Below, one piece after another: positions 28,671 through 39,500 of a stretch of DNA of 64,000 nucleotides (positions are counted from its first letter, which is position 1; each line of letters opens with the position of its first letter). A program made the translations under genes and the position numbers. Under the pieces are notes generated by a model. The model made no database searches. It was not told the origin of the DNA and worked only from the letters and a program-made list of their open reading frames with translations. The stretch is from positions 9,858,001 to 9,922,000 of the forward strand of contig OZ234494.1 of assembly GCA_965153455.1 (NCBI GenBank), read 5' to 3'. This DNA comes from Sphagnum compactum. Taxonomy: Eukaryota.

Positions 28671-30542
28671 CTTGGCTTGCTTTTCTTACCCTACTCTCAA
28701 ATTCCTGCAACAAGGTATTCTCAAACCCCCAAAACAAAAAACACAAAAAAACACACACACACGCACACAACCCAAATCTCCAAACAACGCCCAAAAAATA
28801 AAAATTCTTCAACACACACACTGGCTCTCTCTCGCTCTCTCTCTCCGATCCGTCTGAACAAGCAATCACATTCTCCTAACACAACAAATAGACTAAACCC
28901 TAATCGCCAAATCCAATCCCCGACTAGTAAGAATTCACTCTGATCAATCCAAAAATCCCCCGCTCCCGATTCTACGATCACTACAGATTCTGTTGAATCT
29001 CGGCGTAAAAAATTGCACCCAGCAAACTCGGAAATTCGACGGAGAAAACAGCGATGGTAATGGCGAAGATGGCTTGAGCTTCCCTTCCTCGCGTTTCTTC
29101 TTCTTCACTGCTACACACGCGTAACCCTAAACCTCATACCCTTCGAGGAACCACACAATTGGCCTTAATTTTAAATCGTAATATGTTTTCTTAATTGGTT
29201 ATTGGAATTTAGTATACCACCCTAAGGCGTTTTTTTCCAAAAGTTTTTTCCAATTTCCTCTCTCACCTGTAGCCAAATTTGGCTAATTCCTCTTTATGGA
29301 TGATGGCCCATTGTGGCGACATCACAAAATATTGATGTGAAAAACCAAACCCATTTCCTTAGTTAAATCATAACATATATTTTCTTTTCTAATTTATGAT
29401 TGGCATTCACCATCAAATAAATCATAACTGTTTTGATCATTTGGAATCACAATATGGGGTTGGTAGATTATGTACACAGTACTATGGAATGGGCAAGTGG
29501 GTTGCCCATAATCTGAGCCCGAGATCCATTCCATTTAAGATCTTTGGTGAAGGAATGATTCTGACATGCCAGAAAATGACTATGGGAATGTGGGAACAAT
29601 TACAGGGAACAATTATAGGGAACGAGGAACTACAAGGGAGCACTTGTGGGAACAACATCATGGGAAAGTTTATTCAGAGTGTGGAGCTGGATTCCTTCAA
29701 GAAGATTCAAGGGTTTTTAAAGTGTGGTTTTATTATTCTGGAATTGAAATTATTCCTGTCTTTATGCATGCTGAAGGCAAATTGGCAAAATCTGTGCAAA
29801 AGTGTGACTTAATTATTGAGATATTCTACATGAGTCCCAGTGGAAATTCTGCCTGTGCATTCTGTGACCAGTGGTATTTTCCATCATCTATACTGAATCA
29901 GCTTCAATTGCACTCCAGAAGTGAAAACATGTCGACGGTGATGAATAAAATTGCTTTGAATAGTATCTGTTCAGAGATCTAAATTTCCTGATGTAATGAG
30001 CTCCGTCACTAGAAAAAAAGTTTCAGGTACCATGTCTTATTTCCAGAGCTGCTCAAAAGTTTTACTGAAAACTTCTATAGACTTACTTCAATGACTTGCT
30101 AAAGCTCAACTAATTGTAATAAACATGCAGTCAGACCTTTTACTGCCTGCAGCCCTTCAATGCAATGTACAAGACAAGATGCATTGAACTCCTTTGTATT
30201 GGACCTCATGAGACTTCCTGCAAATTGAACTCCTCCACTAAGGAGCCAATTCATGCAGACAACTCTGCATGCACAAAGCCATTTCCATGTAATATCCTGC
30301 TGAAAGAAGCAAGGGGTCAATGATTGTGCACTTAGGCTCAAGACCCAGGCACAGCCAGAACAGAGTCCACAAGCAGCTCTGCACATGATTCGACAAGTGC
30401 AATATAGAGGACACTCCACACGATTGGTTTCTCATTGATGCAGATTCTGACGACAGCAGATCCCCAAAGTATTCAAAGATCAGTCACACCGGTTTGCTAC
30501 AGACTACACTAGATGAACAGTAAGGAAGCCATGAATGTATTG

Positions 30543-33304
30543 TCACATTCGTGATGAGTCCCGCCCAAAAACAAATCGTTTAGTCCAGTCAAACATCACC
30601 AACGCCCTCGTGCGCCAGCTCACCTGCTTGCTAGCATAGACTGAGTACCACAGCCACATTGTGCTCCGCCCAATGGAGACCCAATCTCCAGGCAGCTCGG
30701 CAGCTGCTTGCTCTCCTCCCAGTGGAGCAAATTGGCCAAGATGCCGATAACAAAAGGGATTAAATCTGTGGCGACCCTCTGCTCTGATACGCTTGGGACC
30801 TTCTGCTGGTTTATGTCGGGCACTGTGGTTGAAAGAGTGGGCCAAATACGTTCCTTGTTGTGCTGCTACCTGAGCAGTGGCTGGCATGCATTTCATCAGG
30901 CTGTCAACCTGTATATGCCCAACATCACAGTGGGTCATACAGTTCAACAGAAAATTGATTAACACTCAACACCAAAATTGTGCCATCATAAGACTTCTGA
31001 ATGCAAGGCTCCCATCAGTTGCATAGAAATTACTAAGCGCCCAACTTTAGAGCAGTCTTGATTCCATGGAAATAACTTAATTCTCTTTCAAGAGGCATTA
31101 AGCAACTGTCAGAGTTCTCAAGAGCTAGAGTCCACAATATGGATAAATGCACAAAAAATGAATACCTGCTAAAGAGAATCTTGAGTATTGCCAAACATGA
31201 ACTAAGCCACAAAAATCTAGAGAGGGAGAGGCAAAATCAAAGAAGACTGAAAAAATCATCTGTGTCCAAAAAAGACCTTCATGGAAGTAAAATCTAACCT
31301 TAGACATTGCTGCACTGAAATGCTCAAGGTCAAGCTGTGTGTTGTGTTCATCCCCAGAGTTCAAAGCCTCATCAAGCAACCCAATAACCCCTTTCATGTG
31401 TTTGTGATCCATGTAAAGATCAATCTGAGGATACCGTAACCTAACTTCCTCCATGGTCTCCACAAACTCAGCTGCACTCAAGAGGCCATTATTATCCTTG
31501 TCAGCTTGTTTGAAAATGTAGGCAATGTCTTCAACAATCTTGCGTTGTTCGACCGAGGCACAATCTCCAAGTGCATAAACCCCCTCACAGTTTTTGACTC
31601 GTAACCATTCATCTGTTGCCAGCACCCTGCGCTTCTCCTGCCCAATTTGCTTCATAAAATCTGCTATCACTGGTCGAGTACTGATACCTAGATTTCAATA
31701 GACAAAAGCACAAACTCAAATACCTATTTCAGAGCAAACTGAAATCTGACACAGAATCAATCTTTGTCTACATGCACCACAGCTAAATAAGTACTACTTC
31801 CCACTCCAGGATCTGCACTGCAAACCCTAATTCCTACTGAAGAACCCTGCAGGTTGTGAATTCTTCTGATTCGAGCTTCTTCAGGATCACTGACCATGAA
31901 GCTCATCTAACAACAAGACTGTCTTCAAAGCAACAGCAGAGTTGAACACATTACCTGTGGACCATACAATCATACCGTAAGGCACATCCACCATCTTGCC
32001 AGTGTCTTTTGCCTTGAACTTGATGTACTCATCGGTGACCTCGAGCACCCGACATCCAATTTTGACATGAACCCCATCCCTACTGAACTTTTTCTCCGCA
32101 AATTGGCTGATCCGCTCGTCGAAAGTATTGAGGATATGGTCCCCAGATTGCACAAGAGTGATTTTGACATCGTCCGTGAGATGTGGGTAGAGACATAAGA
32201 GATCTTCATGTACAAGATCATGAAGCTCTGCAGAGAACTCCACCCCCGTAGGACCTCCTCCCACCACCACGAAGTTCAGCAATTTTCGCCTAGAACAGAA
32301 AAACCAAGAACATAAGAAATTCTAGTCCAGGCTCCTCCGTGATGCAACTAGATGAGCAGCAGACAATCTGCATCAAACTGTGAGGGATGACCTGATTGCA
32401 ACCAGGGTTTGTACCTATCTTCTGAAGACAAGTGAGGAAGGCTTGCGGTTTCAAAGCAATTGATGATATGCTCACGAATCCTTTCGGCGTCTTCAATGTC
32501 TTTCAGGAAGTGGCAGTACTCCATCACGCCCTTAGTGCCGAAGGTGTTGGAGGTGGCTCCCACGGCGATGACCAGATAGTCATAGTCCAGAACGAATTCC
32601 TCTTTGCCCTTGAAGGTGATGTCCGACACATCCTTGCAAGCGACTTGCTTATTTTCGGCGTCGATCTTGATGCATTCTGCCTCATGGAACTGCGCTTCTT
32701 TCTTCCGGATGATGCGACGGATTGGCTCCGTGATGCTCCGCGCCTCCACCGTGCCTACCGTTACACTAGGAAGCAACGGCGTGAAGACGAAGTAGTTCCG
32801 TGGCGACACGATCCGCACGTCGTAAAGCTTGGAATCTAGATTCTTCAAAAAACTCATCCCTGCCCATCCTGTCCCCAGAATCACCACCTTCTTCTTGGGC
32901 GAAGAAGACTCTTGAGTCGAATCTGCTGCCACATGATCCTGCCCGGCATCTGCGAGCACAACGTACAACCCTGCAGCACCTAGACATCCAGTAGCAGCAG
33001 CAATCGCAAACAAGTAAGTCTTCTTCCCGGGTGATCTGACTCCATCCTCTCGCGGCGGCGGCCGTTCACCACGAAAAAAAATCCTAGAAAAAAAACCCGC
33101 GGGCTTCTCAGTCCGAGATGATACCGTCGAGATCTCTCCAGCAGATCCACCGCTTGTCGAACTGTAATTACGCGATGTTACACCAGATCCTGGACGACGG
33201 AACTGCGAAGAAGTCTGATGATTGCGAGTGAGACTCAAAGGGGGACTGGGCTTGTTGCGCAGCCACGTTTTTGCAACCGCCCAAAAGAGACGATCCCCGT
33301 GCAT
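30543..33304 (-). CDS. NDB1: External alternative NAD(P)H:ubiquinone oxidoreductase, type II, NDB family with EF-hand (about 659 aa); exons 33304-32415, 32289-31955, 31687-31299, 30908-30543
   Basis: Rossmann motifs VVILGTGWAG and VVVGGGPTGVEF; FTPLLPSVTVGT; YALGDCA; EF-hand loop DKDNNGLLSAAE; PATAQVAAQQG; C-terminal FVFGRDSSRM. Arg/Ser-rich presequence-like N-terminus. Introns are GT-AG and in phase. Gln in ITLVQSGDHIL points to the NDB1 subtype. Confidence 0.95.
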
Positions 33305-33451
33305 TGTCACGTCGACGGTAGAGTTGCTAAGGAGAGAAACGCATAGCTAATGGACAAACTGGTGTGTGCGTGCTGCAGCAAGGAGAAGAGGCCGTGTAGC
33401 AAGACGGAGATCAAAGAATGCGAATGGCGCAAACACCGCGATCGATCGAGC

Positions 33452-33577
33452 GAGAGAGAGAGAGAGAGAGAGAGAGCGGGAGAGCGCGCGGCCTTAAAAA
33501 GCGCACATCCAGAAAAGTACCGAAAGAGCGGGCGAGCGCGCGGCTTTAAAAAGTGCGCATCCGAAAAACGGCGCTCA
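33452..33577 (-). promoter_or_regulatory. Putative NDB1 proximal promoter/leader: (GA)n tract plus a duplicated 52-bp GC-rich module
   Basis: GA repeat at 33452-33476. gagcggg-gagcgcgcgg-ttaaaaag-gcatcc begins at both 33474 and 33526, 170-270 bp upstream of the ATG. Confidence 0.45.
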
Positions 33578-34277
33578 GCGAGGACCGTGGGAAATTTACC
33601 TTTTAACGCTCGTGACAGAATGGGGACTCCAAAGTCTCTAAACTGTTCCCTCAACACGTTCCCAATAGCACCTCAATTTTATCCCATATTGTTTGGCCAC
33701 AATTCAACTTCCATATATTAAAACTATAAAGCTCCATTCAAACAAGTCTATGGCTAGTAGGCTTCTATGTTGGGAATGTGTCCAATGTTCCAGAAGAGCT
33801 GGTAATTGGTTGAGGATGAATAATGTTGTGGGCACTTCCCAATAAAAAGAAAAATTGTTATAGGTGCACCCACCCCCCCCCCACCTTCTATAACTGTAAT
33901 TCAAAGATGATAAAAGTACCCCATAGATTAATTAATTAATAATCCATAGTTAGAAACCACATACCTTAATTTTTACACTTTCTTTCATTTCTTGGTAAAA
34001 TATTACCACACAAGATAATAACATTATTATTATCACATTGAAATAGATGGGTAATAAAGCATGGTAGATACTAGATCCCTTTCATGTTTTAAACACTTTT
34101 CATTTTCCTTTAAAACTGGACACATAAGGTAATCAGGCAACTTGAGGCAAATTTTAACATTTCCTTGGTTAAAAAATTATAGCCACTAAGAGCTTAAGAG
34201 GTTGGACTCAAGACAACTCCCGCGAAACCAACAATGGGTGGAACCTAGCTCAAGATACTGAAGTTGAAGTTGGATTG

Positions 34278-34412
34278 AATGAAGGTACCAGTGTAATAGT
34301 GCTGGTAGCTTAACCTTCAGCATAGCCGACTTCCATGTAGTCTCACAATGAAGGTACCAGTGTAGTGCTGGTAGCTTAACCTTCAGCATAGCTGACTTCC
34401 ATGTAGTCTCAC
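34278..34412. repeat. Near-perfect tandem duplication (69 bp + 66 bp)
   Basis: aatgaaggtaccagtgta..gctggtagcttaaccttcagcatagc.gacttccatgtagtctcac occurs twice. Confidence 0.9.
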
Positions 34413-34429
34413 CCACACCCCGCATAGTT

Positions 34430-34504
34430 GAAAGTTCTAAAGGCGAACAATAAAGAAAGTTCTAAACGAGAACAACAAAGAAAGTTCTAAAGAAGAACAA
34501 TAAA
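34430..34504. repeat. 25-bp unit x3
   Basis: gaaagttctaaa-NNN-gaacaaYaaa is repeated three times. Confidence 0.85.
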
Positions 34505-34892
34505 GAGTGAGTGGGGAGGGGGGGAAGAGGTTCCTGGTTCATTTCTGGACCAACAACTTTGAAAGCATACGGAAAGAAAGAATTTACATAATTTAGTTGA
34601 AACAATTGGTGGAACCAGCCCCTAGTTTCCTATTGCAATATTTAGGTCAAATATATCAACTCAAACACCAACCAGCCCTTTTTTTTTTTTCTTTTTTTCT
34701 TTTTTTCGGGGGGTTTTTAGGGCCTCTATAGAAAGGACAAAGGATCTGTTTCATGTGATTTGACTTTTGCATTGAAGAAACTTGAATGTCTAAACCAAAA
34801 TCCAGAAATTCTGAATACATTTTATATGCAAAAAAAAACAAGAAAACGCATCATGTTTAGAGTTTGAAAGGACGGACCTGTATTATAGGGAC

Positions 34893-35206
34893 CAAGGCTA
34901 TTTTTAACAATTTTGTGAGATAGTCAATCAAAGTGGGAATCATGTAGAAAATAATTTAGTCAAATTTGGCTACATACTAGATATGAAAGCTAGATTTGAA
35001 AGTAGGAAAAATAATATTCATTAATAAGAATCCTTCTATATTCGTGGCTACTTGCTGGAACTTATCCTTAAAAATCTGTGTAATTTGGATTCTTTTTTCT
35101 TTGAAACTGATGAACTTAAGCTTTTTTTTTTTAATGAAAAATCCTGAAATCATATTTTTCATGTCAAAATTTTGTGGAAATTTGGTAGTTAAAAAAGGAG
35201 GGCCAC
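34893..35206. mobile_element. Non-autonomous hAT-type MITE
   Basis: Internal sequence homologous to 35818-36114 and 47877-48175 (aaatttggcta..atatgaaag..atccttctatatt..gctggaactta). Flanks atagggac and aaagggac match at 7/8. Confidence 0.65.
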
Positions 35207-35817
35207 AAAGGGACCTCAATTTTGTGTTATTTTAGTCATCTCAACTGTGAGATAACTTCAAGAATTTTTATTTTTATTTTTATTTTTTTGCTACTTAAAA
35301 AGCAGGTCCCTAACAGGGCTTGCCTTTTGGACAAATTTAATTTTTTTTGGGAAAATATTTGGATTTTATAAAAATATAGTGTAAATTCAACTAATTTTGC
35401 TAATTTCTGGGGGGAAAATATTTGCCAAATTTCTTGATACCACTCCAAAACAATTAATTAATTAATTAATTAATTTTTAAAAATCCTTTTCCAGATATCC
35501 CAGAGGGGATCTCTGGATCCAAAACCTAACATCATTACTGTACCTATTGCCAGAGGTTTTTTCCCGTCTGAAAGGAGATACCAAGTTGCATTCCCATTGC
35601 TCTTCAAAGGCTCCTAAAATTATGACCTACAAAAGAAATAACGAACCGACAGCAAATATCATTTTTACCATAGTGTTGCAAAACATTGACAGGTGTCGTT
35701 AAGTTTTACTACTCGTGTTCACACCACGCTTGCCCAAGCTGACATGTTTTCCAAGTGTCAATAATCAGTTATTAGTGACCTATGTTGTAAAGTTGTCAAT
35801 ATAAACTGGGTTGTGTG

Positions 35818-36114
35818 CAGGGTTTCTTGTAATGATTTTTTTGTGATGTCACCAAAGTGGCAATGGTTTAGAAAATAGTTTAGCCAAATTTGGCTATTTA
35901 ATAGATATGAAAGTAGGAAAAAAGAACAAAATCCTTTTCTGTTGTTGGCTAAAATCTTTATCATAAAAATCTGGCGAGTTGAGATTTTTTTCTTCAAAAT
36001 TTAGTGAAATTTTTGGGTCTTTTTTTTCCATGAAAAATCCTTCGAATAGGTTGATATCATAATTTTTTTTCAGGTCAAAATTTGGTGAAAATTTTGCCAG
36101 GAAAAGAAACACTG
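35818..36114. mobile_element. Non-autonomous hAT-type MITE
   Basis: TIRs cagggtttctt and aagaaacactg (10/11). Flanks gttgtgtg and gttatgta form a degenerate 8-bp TSD. Confidence 0.78.
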
Positions 36115-36378
36115 GTTATGTATTGGAGCTCCCCAACATAGAAGAGTTTGGACTCAGGATGGATGTCTGTCTCGCGTAAATAGCTCTGCCCTTGAGCCCT
36201 TATTATGGCACGAGTTCAACTTCAAACTTGGAACCAGCAATAATTTAAATGGGAAATGCTCCATGAAATTCCCCTGGAAATCAACTCACATGTTCTCAAA
36301 ACCCTAAACACATGAACTCACATTTCGTCAAAATGTTACACCAAATGAAAACTACATTGTTTCGTAGTCTTTCCCTCA

Positions 36379-36504
36379 TGTGAAGACTCACACAAGTTTG
36401 GTGGGGATTATGTTAAGTTGTTTGTAGACTCAAACAAGTCTGATGGGGATTAGGTTAAGTTGTGTGAAGACTCAAACAAGTTTGATGGGGATTATGTTAA
36501 GTTA
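36379..36504. repeat. 42-bp unit x3
   Basis: tgtgaagactcaaacaagtttgatggggattatgttaagttg in three tandem copies. Confidence 0.88.
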
Positions 36505-39500
36505 TGGCCACACCTAACATTATATAGATAATAAAAAATTAGGTTCAATGTTAATTTTGTTTAGGATTTTCAACGGTTACTACTATGCGGGGACCTATCC
36601 TAACAACACAACTAGTGACACATGTTTACACTTTACACCTAATGCGGAGTAATTTAATTTGGTTTGTTTTGTCCTTGTGTGAAGACCTTTGTAAACCTTA
36701 GGCTAGGATTTTGCCAATGGCATTGTGAGTGAAATGTTTATTGACTAGTCCTTTACAACTTTCGACCAAATTCGATCTTTAGCTCTCTTTTTTTATTGTT
36801 GTTCATCTCTCCTTTCACCTCTATTTTTTGAGTTTGTTCACTTAGTTGTGTCATTGCACATTTGAAGTTTTTTTTTGTGGAACTGTGTTTTGTTCATTTG
36901 TGTCTTTGCTTATCTTTGTATTTCTAAGTCGAGACTTTATTCATTTGTGATTTTGCAATGTTTGGTAATTTGAGTTCTACACATTCAACACTTTTACATT
37001 GTATCTTGCAATTGGAAACCTTTTTTTTAATGTGTTACATTGTGACTTTGAACAATCATTACACAATTCGCTCATTGCTTCTTCCTTTCCATCTGAGTAC
37101 ATCATGTCCATGGCAGGAGTCAATTCAAAAATAATTTGGACCATACTTTTTTACATGCAAATGATTTTAGCATCTCTCAAATTTCTTAACTATTTTTGTG
37201 CTTATGAATGTTGATTTTCAATTGTCAATTTCTTGATGTGGATTTTTTTTATTGGAATCACCGTCTTGTTTTTCATTACCCTTTCAATAACTTGTACCAT
37301 GCCATTGTTTTGTCCAATTATTACATGTGTTGTTAAGTGTTGCTTGGCCAACACTTGGAAGAAGTTTGATAATTTTGACTCATGCATCAAAATTCTTGTG
37401 TGATGAAATGCTTTCACCAATTATTTGATTTAGAAGTTTTTAAATGTTCCTATATGAATGGGTTTTTCTATTGTAGCAAGCATTAGAAGAATGTTTATTA
37501 CTTTTATGTTGAGAATTGTATTGTAAGTATTGTTCAAGTGTACACAATTTTGGCTTCACATTCTACCTTAATGAAATTAATAACAAACAAAAATCACAAT
37601 ATACAATGTTGAATTATTCTTCAAGATTTAGTGCTACATCACACAAGGGTTACACATGTTATTACATGGAACCATTAGACAAACTTGAAGATGACATATC
37701 ATGGATTGTAATTATACATTAATAACTTATTACAATTCTGAAGGACGTCTAAATTTATCTTCTTTTGTGGGGTTAGATGTTAGATCTCAATACTTTATAT
37801 TGTTTCTTATCTTCGACATGTAATAAAAAATATACTTGAAATCATTATGTTGGGCTTTTGTCTTTGCATGTTGCATCATTTCTTGTTAATGATGAATGCT
37901 TATATGTGTTCATTACATTTGCAATTTGTCATCAAGGGAAAATCTAAGGTTTCACAGCCAACTTGCAACTAAAATTTTTAATTCTAATGGAAAATTATAG
38001 GTCCCCTATTTTTCAATGGAAAATGCAACAAACAAGTTACATCATTCATAGTAGAAATGAGGTGGCATCAAAACTAATGACATGTAAACTCTAGCATCAT
38101 TGAAATTTTGCAACTTGATTGCAATTAATTGTCAAGGCTAGAAGCTTTGGTGCCATGTTGGATTGGTGAGAAACTTGGGTGATTGCCAATATTGTGCTTG
38201 TGTGGATCATGTGCCACATTGGATTGGGGGGGGGGAATGAATCCATTCCATGAAACGGCACTTACATGGATCACTATTCATCATTATGGATGAAATGTTT
38301 AGATTATAAAAAACTACGCTATGATTTCCAAAAATGTTCATGATATTAAAATGTGTAACTATTTGTGATAAAAAATGAACTCTCATGCAACTACCTTAAT
38401 ACTACTTTGTGACTACAACTACTAATTTGGAATGGATTTTGGTATGTATCAAGAATTAATTGATTTGGCAATGGTATTATCTTGGACCTTATGATGGAAT
38501 TGACCATGGATATAATGATTGTAAAATGCAACTAATGCAAAATTGCATGCTATGACATTCCTCAATAATTTTGCAAATGTTGTGATGCCGTGTCGCCATT
38601 CTTCATTATCATATCCTTGCACATGCATTTATACTCTTTTTCATTTTAACATAAAATGTAAAAGTGTGTTCAATTAATATTGATAAACAACATAAAATTG
38701 AAAAAATTGTATTGACAATCAAAGTTGGGAAAATATAATTTTTCCAAAAATGCTCCTTTCAAATGGAATATAATTTGACTAAATTTATAATTATCATCTA
38801 ATTTATCACTAAAATATAGTTCCCAATTTCCATAGTATAATTGAATATAGTCTTAACTACAACCTACACATAATGGTTGTTTCAAAACAAATTAATTAAT
38901 TGAATAATTGGAGTTTTCAAATTAAATTTCAACATATTTGGTTTCTTGCAACACGGTCTTTCAGTTCACTTAGGAGTTATTTTCACCGCTTTCAAATCCA
39001 TCATCACAATTAATAACCTTTTACAAGTTTATTCCTAAACAAAATTGATGTTTTTACTTGCACCATTTCTCCTTAATATAATAAAAGGCATTCATGGAGC
39101 TTCATTCCATGTTTTTTAAATGATCGATTTTGAATGTTTAATGTGTGATTTTAATTTTTTTACTTAAAGCCAAAAATTCAAAAATAAACTTAACTACATA
39201 ACACAAACAATAGTTGTACGGTGGATGTACGGTTGAGTGAAAAAAAAAACCCAAAAAACAAAAGGCCCCATAAGTCCATTTGGGAAGCATTTCTTTTGTA
39301 TTGTTTTCAAGCTTAAAATGACTAGGTGTTTAGGCAATAATAAGTTATTGATTTCAAGCCCTTTTTTTTCCATTTAAAAAAATTCCACCTAAAGACCATT
39401 CTTTGTGCACAAATCTAACATAAAATACATTTTTTCAACATGATATATAGTTTTTCAAATTTTTAATTGTTCAATCTAGTAGTACCTTAATTATCTACAA

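Noticed and set aside
29396..29982. Two overlapping 138-aa + strand ORFs between SRP54 and NDB1
   Set aside because: No recognisable motif or splice structure. They may be 3' flank or a decayed fragment, so a gene call is unsupported.
33305..33310. GTG start for NDB1 given by the ORF track
   Set aside because: This is a nuclear gene, so the in-frame ATG two codons later (33304) is the more plausible start.
34430..36504. Short regularly spaced repeats (25-bp x3, 42-bp x3) as a CRISPR-like array
   Set aside because: The units are contiguous with no unique spacers, there are no cas genes, and the context is eukaryotic. These are ordinary minisatellites.
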